This document shows, piece by piece, positions 1-12,701 of a stretch of DNA of 64,000 bases. Location: NCBI RefSeq assembly GCF_006345805.1, contig NC_043020.1, positions 28,024,001 to 28,088,000 on the forward strand, given 5' to 3'. The position numbers were made by a program, and so were the translations under genes. Position 1 is the stretch's first letter. The number at the start of each line of letters is the position of its first letter. The notes beneath the pieces are model-generated. The model was not told the origin of the DNA and did no database searches. It was given only the letters and a program-made list of their open reading frames with translations. This stretch comes from Octopus sinensis. Lineage: Eukaryota.

Positions 1-323
1 TGTTGATGGGGTTTACGTCCTTGTAACTAAGCAGTTTGGCAAAAGGGACTGATAGAATAAGTACTAGGCTTACAAAGAATAAGTCCTGGATTAATCTGTT
101 CGACTAAAGGTGGTGCTCCAGCATGGCCACAGTCAAATGACTGAAACAAGTAAAAAGATAAAAGGTATATATATATGGTTCAAAACTTTTACTTTTTTAC
201 TTGTTTCAATCACTTGACCGCAACCATGCTGGAGCACCTCCTTGGAGAACTTTTAATCTAATGAACTGACCTCAGTATTAATTCTTTTAAGCCTGGTACT
301 TTTTTCAAAATTAAGATAAACAA

Positions 324-481
324 AGGCGCAGGAGTGGCTGTGTGGTAAGTAGCTTGCTAACCAACTACATAGTTCCGGGTTCAGTCCCACTGCGTGGCAT
401 CTTGGGCAAGTGTCTTCTGCTATAGCCCTGGGCTGACCAATGCCTTGTGAGTGGATTTGGTAGACGGAAACTGAAAGAAGC

Positions 482-545
<64 letters not shown>

Positions 546-785
546 ATATGTATGTATGTATGTGTGTGTATGTGTTTGCGTGTCTGTGTTTGTCCCCCTA
601 GCATTGCTTGACAACCGATGCTGGTGTGTTTACGTCCCCGTCACTTAGCGGTTCGGCAAAAGAGACCGGTAGAATAAGTAATGGGCTTACAAAGAATAAG
701 TCCCGGGGTCGATTTGCTCGACTAAAGGCAGTGCTCCAGCATGGCCACAGTCAAATGACTGAAACAAGTAAAAGAGTAAAGAGTA
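324..785 (+). mobile_element. tRNA-headed SINE with internal (TA)n/(TG)n (family A), representative copy
   Basis: GGAGTGGCTGTGTGGTAAG...GGTTCAGTCCCA head and (AAAGAGT)n tail. Other copies: 1045-1428(-), 8231-8627(-), 13385-13760(+), 13770-14280(-), 30752-31158(-), 37625-38022(-), 47626-48288(-), 49495-49835(-), 58138-58545(+). Confidence 0.88.
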
Positions 786-802
786 AAGTTCTTTTTGCAA
801 AC

Positions 803-1000
803 TCAAATATACTCTCCTTCATTTTCTACAATGCTCTTTCATCTACCCGGTAGACTTGCAAGGCCCCTCTTCCAAAATTTCCTTGCCCATGAGGTAAGAT
901 ACTCCTCCAGTACTCTTCTGGGTTGTAGTTTCCGTCTTGGAATTTCCGGAACCACCGTTGACACCTGGACTATCCTCAGACTAGACCCAAACAAGCTCAA
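803..1000 (-). mobile_element. Internally deleted mariner transposase relic
   Basis: CQRWFRKFQDGNYNPEE (mariner HTH region) abuts EEYLTSWARKFWKRGLASLPGR*KSIVENEGEYI* (mariner C-terminus). Confidence 0.75.
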
Positions 1001-1429
1001 GGTGTTCCAAATGTGGTGTGCTTGTTAAATCCTTACTCTCTTTTTACTCTCTTTTACTTGTTTCAGTCATTTGACTGCGGCCATGCTGGAGCACCGCCTT
1101 TAGTCGAGCAAATCGACCCCGGGACTTATTCTTTGTAAGCCCAGTACTTATTCTATCGGTCTCTTTTGCCGAACCGCTTAGTGACAGGGACGTAAACAGA
1201 CACCAGCATCAGTTATCAAGCAATGCTAGGGGGACAAACACAGACACACAAACACATATATACATATATACAACAGGCTTCTTTCAGTTTCCGTCTACCA
1301 AATCCACTCACAAGGCATTGGTCGGCCCGGGGCTATAGCAGAAGACACTTGCCCAAGATGCCATGCAGTGGGATTGAACCCAGAACCATGTGGTTGGTTA
1401 GCAAGCTACTTACCACACAGCCGCTCCTG

Positions 1430-1730
1430 TGCCTTAGTGTCTCTCTACAGGACCGAATCTCAAAGAACAATGCCGACCAGCAGCCGACCATTGAAGACCA
1501 AGTCCGGCAGAGCAGGCTGCAGTGGTTTAGCCACATCTGCCGGATGAGCACTGGAAGACTACCAGATCAACTTTTGTGGTGGCAGCGACCAACACACAGG
1601 AGAATCCAGTCCAATGTGCCAAAGAAGACAGGGACGAAACAAAGTGAGGAAGACTCAAAGTCACAGCATTTCGGCCTCGAGAATGCTGAGGTGTGGAATA
1701 ACATCATTACCAGAGTCCATCATCCAGCTG
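1430..1730 (+). mobile_element. RTE-type LINE 3' ORF fragment
   Basis: TIEDQVRQSRLQWFSHICRMSTGRLPDQLLW resembles the RLRW.GHV.RM...RLPK motif of RTE-type RT C-termini. Confidence 0.75.
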
Positions 1731-1876
1731 CCCCCACAGCAGTGTATTGGTTGAGAGGGTGGCCCACCATCCACTGGGATTAAAGGAGAAGAAATCATTA
1801 AACCACATGCCTCCAGAAAGCATCCACTTTCTGCTAGAGACAAAAATTATGTGTTTATCTAAAGTCTGAATTGAAA

Positions 1877-2360
1877 TTAACCCTTTCGTTACTGTATTTC
1901 TGTTGAGATGCTCTGTGTTTCTTTCAATTAATGTTAAATATAACAAAGAATTTAGTAAAATGACTTAGTTATCATTCAGCTAGTGTTAGGAACATAAATT
2001 GTGACTAAGGTTTGGTGGAAGATTTTAATTCAAAACTTATGAAAACAAGACATTTGTACTACAGAGTCGGAGGCAGTTTCAGCCGGGTTGGTAACAAAAG
2101 GGTTAAGAATCGTTTCTCTATGATATATTTTAACCCTTTTCTCTACCATATTTCTGGTGTGATGTTCTGTGTTTCTTTCAATTAATTTTAAATATAACAA
2201 AGAATTTAGTAAAATAACTTAGTTAACATTAAGCTAGTGTTAGGAACATAAATTGTGGCTGAAGTTTGGTGGAAGATTTTAATTCAGAACTTATGAAAAC
2301 AAGACATTTGTACTACAGAGCCAGAACTGGTTTCAGCCGGGTTGGTAACGAAACGGTTAA
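1877..2360 (+). mobile_element. Tandem dimer of a ~230-bp TTAA-flanked (piggyBac-like) MITE
   Basis: Copies at 1877-2106 and 2130-2360 with TTAACCCTTT...AAAGGGTTAA ends; 23-bp spacer. Confidence 0.8.
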
Positions 2361-4849
2361 CTATTGTATCAAAGCATAAACACAAGTTTCTCATTAGAGA
2401 GACCAATTTCCTTATCTAAATTGGCTTAAAAAGTAACATTTCCCTGACTCTTAGGCCTCCGTTTATCTTTTATCTTTCCAACATTATCAATAAAAGATTA
2501 AGTTGTAATGGTGGGTTTTATTTGCTTTCTGTGTGTTACACAGGATGTTGACTATCTATGTTTATCTTTTGTGAATACAGATATCTTTTATCTTTTACTT
2601 GTTTCGGTCATTAGACTGTGGCCATGCTGGGGCAACACCTTGAACAATTTTTAGTTGAATGAATCAACACCAGGACTTTTTTTTGTTGTTTTTTTTAAAG
2701 CCTGGTACTTATTCTATCAACCTGTTTTATCGAATAGCTAGGTTATGGGGATGTAAACACACCAACACCAGTTGTCAAACAATGGGGGGAGGGGCAAACA
2801 CAATTACAAAGAAACACACGCACACACACATACATACATATGTACATGCATACATACATATATGCTGGGCTTCTTTCAGTTTCCATCTATCAAATCCACT
2901 CACAAAGCTTTGGTTGGCTCAAAGTTATAGTAGAAGACACTTGCCCAAAGCACCACGCTGTGGGACTGAACCGGAAACCATGTGATGCTTTTCCATGAAA
3001 ATAACACCCATGCCAGCAGAGCCGCATGAAAAGCACCTATGCTGGTGTCATGTGATAGAGTACCCAAGCCTGTGCTACATGAAAGACACCCATGGTGGTG
3101 CCACATAGGAAAGCACCAGTGCTGGAGCCATGTGGTAAAACACCCAGGACACTTTGTAAAGTGGTAGGCATTAGGAAGGGCGTCCAGACATGGAAACCAT
3201 GTCTAAGAACAAACCATCAGAGCCAAGTGCAGCCCTCCGGTTTTTCAGCTCCTGTCAAACCATCAAACCCACGTCAGTATGGAAAACACAATTAAATGAT
3301 GATGATGATGATGATAATTATTATATATATTTCTTTACTACCCACAAGGGGCTAAACACAAAGAGGACAAACAAGGACAGACAAATGGATTAAGTCGATT
3401 ATATCGACCCCAGTGCGTAACTGGTGCTTAATTTATCGACCCCGAAAGGATGAAAGGCAAAGTCGACCTCGGCGGAACTTGAACTCGGAACGTAGCGGCA
3501 GACGAAATACTGCTAAGCATTTCGCCCGGCGCGCCAATGTTTCTGCCAGCTCCCCACGCCTTAATAATTATTATATAGTAAATGACAGGCAGCCATATAA
3601 TGACACTTCTGAATAAACACACAGAGTTGCAGAGTCAATGAAAGTACTCAAAGACAATGACCTGGTGGGAGTCACTTGACTCATGAAGGAGGATTTCCGG
3701 GTCCCCTCCTCTCATCTCCTCCTTGTGTGTAATGTATAAAATATGTACTGTGTGTATACAGAGATGTAAAATACGTGAGCTTCCATTAGAAGAGTTGAAA
3801 TTGTTTTTTTTTTTTATTTTGAAGCTCAATTAGTAAAGAAAGACCAAGAATAGATAATTGAATGTGCTTTTGTTCATGCCGGTGATAAACCATAACAGTG
3901 CTTGATGCGAAGAACTTGAAAACTGATTAACCAGGAAGAAAAGAAATACGGAAGACTAGACAATCAAAGAAAAAATAAATAAATAAAAAGACTGCAAGAA
4001 AAAAAAAAGAAAAGAAATTAACTGAATGAAGATCATAGAATGTGTGTGTGGGTGGGTGGGTGTCTTCGTAAGTGGCTGTGTGTTTGAGTGGATAAACAAT
4101 AAGAGTAAACTACATATAAAACACATACATATAGACGCATATGGTGTTATACAGACATGCAAGTGTGTGTGTGTGAGAGAGAGAGAGTGTGTGTGTATGT
4201 GAGAGAGTGTGTGTGTATGTGTGTGAGTGTGTGGTGTGTGTGTGTGTGCATACCAACATCATCATCGCTTAGTGTCCATTTTCAATGTTGGCATGAGTTG
4301 GAGAGTTTGATCGGAACTGACGTGCCAGAGGAGTTTGCCAAGTGCCAATGTCTGCCTTGGCAATGGTCTCTACTGCTGGATGCCCTCTCCCTAATGCCAA
4401 CCACTTTACAGAGCGGCACTGGGTGGGGCTTTTTTTTTTTGTTCCCTCCCCCCCCATCCTTGGTGCCTATAATAGTGAGGTCACCAAGAATTCGCAAGAC
4501 AGGAGCTCCTTAACTGAAGGAGGTGAAAGCTACAATGAAATGACAGGAACAGGTGCTTTGCTGAAGAGGAGACACAGCTTTCCCAACTGAAATGAGGGGA
4601 AGACGAAGTGTAGGGGCAGACCCAGAGGAGGGAGAGGAGAGCTGGTGGAGGGTGGCCAAGAAAAGAAGTGCACCCTTCTAAATAATGCTATTACGCCCAT
4701 TTCTCCTGGAATTGTATTCTCTTCTGACCTTGTGCTCTCCCTTCGAAAAATTCCTGGGACTGTACCAGGGGTGCAAAGGAGATGGTGAGGACATAACCAC
4801 CAGGTAGAAGGTGATATAAGAGAAACAATAGGATACAAGAACAGAAAGA

Positions 4850-4901
4850 CATACATAATATATAGACATATATAGACATATATATATACATAGACATATA
4901 T

Positions 4902-4944
<43 letters not shown>

Positions 4945-5189
4945 TATATATATATACATATATATATGTACATATATATATATGTACATATATATATGTA
5001 CATATATATATATAGTACATATATATATATACACACATATATATATATACACACATATATATATATACATATATATACACACATAAATACATACATACAC
5101 ACATATATACACACATATACACACACATATATCATCATTATTTAATGTTTGTTGTCCATGCTAGTGCACACACACACACATATATTTGC

Positions 5190-5233
<44 letters not shown>

Positions 5234-5255
5234 ACATGTGTGTGTGTGTGTGTGT
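4850..5255. repeat. (TA)n/(CA)n compound microsatellite
   Basis: Direct inspection. Confidence 0.95.
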
Positions 5256-6449
5256 GAAGATATCAAACAGTGGTTTCATACATCTCTAAGTGTAAACATT
5301 TTGACAAGATGTGAGCAGATATCCAAACCCTTGCAACCGCTCTAGACTAAACACACACCCAGACAAGGCCAGCCGTCCATTTCTTATCACTAATGTTCTG
5401 TTGTTTCTGTGGCAAAGTCAACCTAAACTCAAGAGTCATAGATGCACGTCTAAAATACAGCTGCATCAGCACCCCACTTTAATAACTGGTACTGAACTCT
5501 GTTCTTCCTACAAGAAAGGGTACCACAGATCCCCCAGCAGCTTATCTTCATCCCCAAAGTGTTACATAAAATCCCAAGTGAAGCCACCTCGAAGGTTTCC
5601 TGGAAGATTAGGGAAGATACACAACAAAAAAAAAATTACTGGGGACAATTCGTTTGACCAAAAAATTCTTCAAGGCAGTGCCCCAGCATGACCGAAGCCT
5701 AATGGCTGAAACAAGTGAAAATAAAAAGACAAAAATGAAAATAAATAAATAAATAGATAAATAAATGAATTCTAATCAAAATATTTCTCACAGCCATTCA
5801 ATAAGACAACATCTGGTGTTCTTTGTTTTTGTTTTGTTTTTTTCTGCTTGGAATTTATAAAAAAACAACAAAAATCACAGCTGTTCTATGCTTATGTTAT
5901 ATTAAACGCTGAATGGAAACCCAGCACCACCAACACCAACTCCTCAATGCCATCATCATCATCATCATTATCATTATCAGTAGTCATGACAGTAAAGAAA
6001 GAAAGAAAGAAAGAAAGAGAAAGAAAAGCCTATTGAAGCAACAACAATTATTTGGTAATTTGGAACAAATTACCATAAACAGAAGAGAAAGAAAAAAACC
6101 AGTTAATCTTTAATCAATTAGATAAACAAATTTAATAAACAATGGAAAATAAAACGCAAAAAAATAAATACGTGGAAAGAGACACAGTAAGTTTTTTTTG
6201 GTTTTGTTTCCAACTCCACAATAGAACTAATCTGAACAGATTATGTGTAGTTAAAGAAGGTTACTTCCCAACCACATGGTTTTAGGTTCAGTTCCACTGC
6301 ATGGCACCTTGGGCAAGTGTCTTCTACAACAGCCTTGGGCCAGCCAAAGCCTTGTGAGTGGACACCCTAGCACACTGCTACCATTTCTCTCTCGTTCTCT
6401 CTCTTTTCCAAACAGAGTGCCGTATTTTAATGTGTATAAGGAACCCTTT

Positions 6450-6800
6450 TTTTGTCAAAGATTGGTGACCCCCTTCGGTCAGACACTGACCATGGGATTG
6501 CACCTAGAGAGTTACCCTCCTAGACACAAGTCTGGGCAAGGTGGTTTATGGAAGACCAGCAGTCGCCCATGCATACCGGCCTCCCCTCTCCACACCTCCA
6601 GTGTTATCCAAGGGAAAGGCAAGGGCCGATACAGCTTGGCACCTGTGACGTCACAACTCATTTCTACAGCTGAGTGAACTGGAGCAATGTGAAATAAAGT
6701 GTCTTGCTCAAGAACACAACACGCAGCCCGGTCCGGGATTCGAGCTCACAACCTCACGATCGTAAGCTCGACGCTCTAACCACTGAGCCACGTGCCTTCA
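6450..6800 (-). mobile_element. tRNA-headed SINE (fourth family); related 3' part at 59893-60050(+)
   Basis: Head GGCTCAGTGGTTAGAGCGTC...TTCGAATCCCG on the minus strand; shared TAACACTGG...TGCAATCCCATGGTCAG 3' region. Confidence 0.7.
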
Positions 6801-7789
6801 CTTGTCAAAGACTAGGTTAAAAAATATGGGAGTTTCTTATACATGGATATACATTGGTATCAATATCATTTAATGTCCCTCTTTCCATACTGGCATGGGT
6901 TGGAAGTGGAGACAGGAAGCAGTGAGGACTATACTGAACACCAATGTCTGCTTTGGCAGGGTTTCAACAGCTGGATACCCTTCCTAATGCCAACCAGTTG
7001 ATAGAGTGTACTGGGTAGTTTTGTCTTTGTTCTGGTTTCTTTTTTTTTGTGTGTGTGACACCAGCACTAGTAGGGACACCAAGCACTCACATGACAAGAC
7101 CCACTCAGCTGAGTGGAGTATAGTATTGAAGGGGGGTGAAAGTATGAGAGAGGAAAAGGACCAAGTGTTTTGCTGAAGAGAAGACATGGCTCCCATAGCT
7201 AGAGAGAGAGAGAGATCGATGTGGAGAGAGCATGCCCTCAAGGGACAAAATGAATATGAACAGGAGAATAAGGTTAAAGGAACAGAAAGGATGGGTACGT
7301 AGGCAAACTTGGGAGAATGTTAAAAGAGTGTGACATGATTAATCTTAATCACTTAATGAAATCTATTGGCAGGAGAAGAGCAAATTGCGCTTAAGCCATG
7401 TAAAAAAAAAAAGAAAAACCAGTTATTGTTTTATACAGTTTTATACATAGTCGCCACAGTTGTCCAGAGGCTCTTGTGGAAGTGCAATGGCCCAATGGTT
7501 AGGGCAGCAGAATCGTTGTGTGTGTTTATTGAGCAAAAACACCTAAAAGCTCCATGAGGCTCCGGTAGGGGGTGGTGGCGACCCCTGTTGTACTCTTTCA
7601 CTCCAACTTTCTCTCACTCTTTCTTCCTGTTTCTTGTCCCCGACTTCCTACGCAACCACTGAGCCTGGATGCACATTCATCCATCCATCGATGCTCTCGG
7701 TGTCAGGGGTTGACCTGCTTTCTCTTCTGCGGGTCTTACGAATAGCAAAGGACTACGTTTCGGACTTCTCCCACTGGACAAAGACCACT

Positions 7790-8050
7790 TCGCTCAACAG
7801 CAACAGAGCCTCTTTGAACAGTGGTGGGGAGTGCAGTTGAATGACATCTTGCGGTAGCTTGTTCCATGGGGCTGCGATACGGGCGGAGAATGCAGCCTTC
7901 CGCCTGTTGAGTCGAAAGTGTCAGGGACAGAGTTTGCGATCATGCCCACGAAGACCCCTATCCAGCGCAGAGGTTAAAAACTCTGCAAATGGTAAGGTTT
8001 ACATTCCCGTTGAAGATGTTGAAAGCCAGGATGAGATCTCCCCCACATGA
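7790..8050 (-). mobile_element. CR1-clade LINE 3' fragment
   Basis: GDLILAFNIFNG...GLRGHDRKL...RRKAAFSARIAAPWNKLPQDVI. Confidence 0.75.
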
Positions 8051-10086
8051 AACCTCATATTTCACTGTGTATTTTGTAGAGTGACAGCAATGAAACTAAC
8101 GAGTAATTAGCATATCAAATGCCAAGCTCAAGGGAAGCGAGTTCAAGTATTGGCCACTGCAGGCATTTCGAATCTCTGGGGAGTGAAAATCAACTTGATT
8201 CTACATTGCTTCAGTCAACTTTGCTCTCTCTCTCTCTTTTCTCTCTCTTTTACTTGTTTCAGTCATATGACTGTGACCATGCTGGAGCACCACCTTTAAT
8301 CGAGCAACTCGACTCCGGGACTTATTCTTTTGTAAGCCCAGTACTTATTCTATCGGTCTTTTTTGCCGAACCACTAAGTAACGGGAACATAAACACACCA
8401 GCATCGGTTGTCAAGCAATGCTAAGGGTACAAACACATACACACACGCATATATATATATACATGTATACGACGAGCTTCTTTCAGTTTCCGTCTACCAA
8501 ATCCACTCACAAGGCTTTGGTCGGCCCGAGGCTATAGTAGAAGATACATGCCCAAAGTGCCACGCAGTGGGACTGAACCCGGAACCATGTGGTTGGTAAG
8601 CAAGCTACTTAACACACAGCCACTCCTTGCTGTATGGAATAAGAGAGAAACTGGAGCAAAAGGGGATAGGCTGTCTTCAAGAAACTGGAATCTGAATCGG
8701 TGACTGTCGATCTGTTTTGCAAGAAAGAAACAGGACTAGAAACGTACTGGCTCTGTGCTGCCTTGTGCTTCATGAAACGAGTTTCTACGCTAGATTAAGG
8801 AACCGAGATTTGAAGAGACAAAAGAAGTAGAAAAAGACCATCTGCACAAACGTCCCAGAGGCTGAAGACTTATTATTATGCATCATATGACAAGTAGGTG
8901 CTTGTGGTGTCAGGGTCATCACTTTGGAGCATTTCAAGAGACAATGACACATCAGACAACATCACACACACACACATGTACACAAACTCACATGCACACA
9001 CACACACACTATAATTCTTCCATTTGTTTCAGTAAATGAATTGGGGGCCATGCTGGAGCAATCGCTTCCTTGAAGAGTTTAGTTGAACAAACCAGTATTT
9101 ATTTCAAGTCTGGTACTTATTCTATCGGTCTCAGCCACTTTTGCCAAACCACCAAGTTAGAGGAATGTAAACAAACCAACAGCAATTGTCAAACTGTGGG
9201 AGGGAGTAAAGAAACCACAACTATCTATCCCCCCCTCCTCACACACACACATGAAAATATACAAGACATTTTGACATGGTTTCCATCTGGCAGATTCCCT
9301 TACAAGGTATCGGTCAGCCGGGGGCTATAGCAGAAGATATTTGGCCCATGGGCCACAAAATAGGACATAACCAGCAGAGGCCACAATGCTGTGAGGTGGA
9401 CGGCCAATCTGCACAGGCCAACCAAAGCCTGCTTTGTAAGCAGATTTGGTAAATGGAAACTGAAAGAAGCCCATCACATATGCCATCATTATCATCAGTA
9501 TCATCATTTAATGTTCATATTCCACATTGGCATGGGTTGGATGGTGACCTGCAAGGCCATACCAAGTTCCACTGTCAGCTTTGGCCTGGTTTCTCCAGCT
9601 GGATGCTCTTCCTAATGCCAACCACTTTACAAAGTGTACTGGATGCTTTTGTATGTGGCACCAGCACTAAAGAGGTTGCCGTGTAATTTGCAAGATGGAA
9701 AAGGAACAAGAAAAAAGGAAACATTTTTTCTTTGCATGTGTATGTCTACCTTTGTCTAGACATTGTGTGATGGTTGTGAATGAGCATCATCATCATCATG
9801 TTTGTTTCCAGTCTCTGATGAAAAAAAAAACATGTCTAGCTATGGGTATAACCTTGTTTGGAAACAGGTGAGGGCTAGTGACAGGAAGAGTACCTGGTCA
9901 GCAAAGTCTGGCTGACCCATGCAAGTATGAAAAAGTGAATGCTAAATGATGATAAATTTTTAGAATTTGTAAACGACACATAGCCAAAATGCCATTTCTT
10001 GTTTGATATTATTATTATTATTTTTTTATTTTAGTTAAGATCAAAATAGTTAACAATTTGAAATATTACAATCACAATACATACAG

Positions 10087-10128
<42 letters not shown>

Positions 10129-10775
10129 ATGCATGCATACATGAGTGTGTGCAAATTATATGTATGCATTACCATTTACATTTGTGGAGTGAGGTGGAAT
10201 TTTTCACATTAAATATTTGTGTTTATGTGTGTATATTTTTTAGGTCACTATGAGCATTTATCTGTCTATACACACACACACACACATACCATACATACAC
10301 ATATATATATTAATATAATTTGGGTAATAACCTTAAAGTATGCTTTCCAAAGCTCCTCTCCGGGTGCTGGCTACCAAATGCTATATTTTTTTTTATCAAC
10401 TTTTACAACCACTGCCATCAACAACAGCAAAACCAATACATCCACTGCCACTACCAGCCCAGCAACTCCTTAATAACCAATAGCAACAAGAGTACAAACA
10501 AGACAAGCAACTTCATTCACAAAATATATAAAAATTTTAAAAAAACAACAAGAGATGCTATTGTTCTCTGGCATATTTTAAATGTTGAATGAAATGTCTC
10601 AGCTCAATAAGGATTGTCTGGAGGCTAAAGCACAACAACAATACAAAACAATATGACGACCGCCACCGCCGACAACACCCCACCACCACCACCACCACCA
10701 TCACTGCCACTAAAACCAACTCCACCACAGTTACCGACCCAACAACTTCCGACTATCAGCAACAGAAATAATACC

Positions 10776-11007
10776 AGGCGGCGAACTGGCAGAAACATTA
10801 GCACGCCGGACAAAATGCCTATCAGTATTTCGTCCACCATTACGTTCTGAGTTCAAATTCCACCAAGGTCGACTTTGCCTTTCATCCTTTCGGGGTCGAT
10901 AAATTAAGTACCAGTTACACACTGGGGTCGATGTAATGGACTTAATCCCTATGTCTGTCCTTGTTTGTCCCCTCTATGTTTAACCCCTTCTGGGCAATAA
11001 AGAAATA
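10776..11007 (+). mobile_element. Full-length family-B SINE
   Basis: 12-bp TSD AGAAATAATACC at 10764-10775 and 11008-11019. Confidence 0.9.
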
Positions 11008-11373
11008 AGAAATAATACCAGCCGAACTGCAATGTTTGTAGCTACATATGTTGTACATCGACACAATGGTGAGTGTGTATGTTTGCGAGATTAGAATGTG
11101 GGGTTTTTAAGGCCCAAGTCAGAGGTGCAAGGGACGAAGTGCTCATAAAACAGGTAACCATTCACCCAATTGAAATCACACGGTACTTCCTCCCACTCAC
11201 CACCACCTTACTCCCGTATTCTTACATCTTTTCGTTTCCATTTTTGCATCCATCGAAATAAGACAATATTTTGCTCACACAAAACAGTTCTTTCCTAGGG
11301 CTATTTTTCTTCCTGCCAAAACATACGACTGGAGCCTGGTGCAGCCCTCCGGTTTGCCAGTTCCTGTCAAACC

Positions 11374-11605
11374 TATTTCTTTGCTACCCACAAGGGCCTA
11401 AACACAGAGAGGACAAACAAGGTCAGACAAACAGATTAAGTCAATTATATCGACCCCAATGCGTAACTGGTACTTATTTAATCGACCCCGAAAGGATGAA
11501 AGGCAAAGTCGACCTCGGTGGAATTTGAACTCAGAACATACCGGCAGACGAAATACTGCTAAGCATTTCGCCCGGCGTGCTAACGTTTCTGCCAGCTCGC
11601 CGCCT
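11374..11605 (-). mobile_element. Full-length 232-bp tRNA-headed SINE (family B) inserted in another SINE
   Basis: A-box-like TGGCAGAAACGTTAG and B-box GTTCAAATTCC; exact 12-bp TSD TCCTGTCAAACC. Many other copies, e.g. 3328-3560, 21925-22141, 32030-32265, 50148-50378, 62393-62620. Confidence 0.9.
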
Positions 11606-12167
11606 TCCTGTCAAACCATCCAACCCATGCCAGCATGGAAAGCAGGTACTAAACGATGATGATGATGGTGGTGGTGGTGGTGGTGGTGGTGGTGGTGGTG
11701 ATGATACTTGTTGATTGATGTCACTGTTGGATTTACCAACAGTTCAAAGTGACTGGAAAGAAGCCATCAAATGGAATTGAAAGTCGGACGAAGAAAAGGA
11801 ACCACAAGAGGATGACAATGGATAAGAAACTTGATGATTTAAAATAGCTTGAAGTGGAAATTTTAAAAATCACCTTCATTAATCAAGGGTTCATCAAATA
11901 TCTACTTACATCATCTTATGCCTCCTTCTTTAACAGCGAAGTAATATTAATTAATCAACTACAGCTCATAACGTAGCACTTTTGTATGAATACTAAGAAC
12001 TGATGAGAGTTACGCAATCTCTGAAGATTTGACAATGCAATCAGCTTATAAAAGTTTCCATACATAGGTGCAGGTATGGTTGTGTGGTAAAGAGCTTACT
12101 TCCCAACTACATGGTTCAAGGTTCAGTCCTACTGTGTGGCACCTTGGGGAAGTATTTTCTACTATAG

Positions 12168-12701
12168 GTGACAAGATGTTAGGGGTGATGTGGTCAAAGA
12201 AATTGTCTGACAGTCATGACAGGGTTCTCCTGCTTGTGTGGCATGGTGCAGAGTCCTGTTGCCAAACATAGGGTGATCTCGCAGCCACCCTCTTGACCCA
12301 GGGCAACACTTCCTCCTCCAAGCACTTAATGTGGGCCTCTGTGTTGCATCTGAGGCCATGTGGGAAGATGAATGGAGGCATAACGTCTCCATCACTAGTG
12401 ATCACTCCAAACACCATGATGTTGACTGGATGTTTGATCTTTATCACTCTCAGTACATGCGTTGTCCACAGACTGATGCCCAAACACTTTGAAATCTTTG
12501 TATTGGAGCTTCTGGTGTGAATGCCAAACAGCACAGCATGTCATTTCAAAATTTTTGGCAGAGTGTTTTGTGCCATGGTGCTGTTTTTCTCGCAGACGGA
12601 TCCTACAATTCTGTGGAGTCGACAAAATCAAAAACAAACACACAATGCACATGCACAAAATAACAAAAATAGAATGGCAACAATTTACCCCTCACACCCT
12701 G
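12168..12701 (-). mobile_element. Tc1/mariner (maT/DD37D-like) relic with left end
   Basis: TA+CAGGGTG terminus at 12701; KHPVNIMVFGVITSDG...LPWVKRVAARSPYVWQQDSAPCHTSRRT...DNFFDHITPN is a catalytic-domain fragment. Confidence 0.85.

Noticed and set aside
7745-7790. GAAACGTA motif on the minus strand as another hammerhead
   Set aside because: No upstream CUGANGA core and no stem I.
8085-8175. Candidate TTC39C exon 2 (CAG...GTTAGT on the minus strand)
   Set aside because: In-frame stop in the required phase and no similarity to the expected SPLMS motif; no exon 2 was found in 1-18150.
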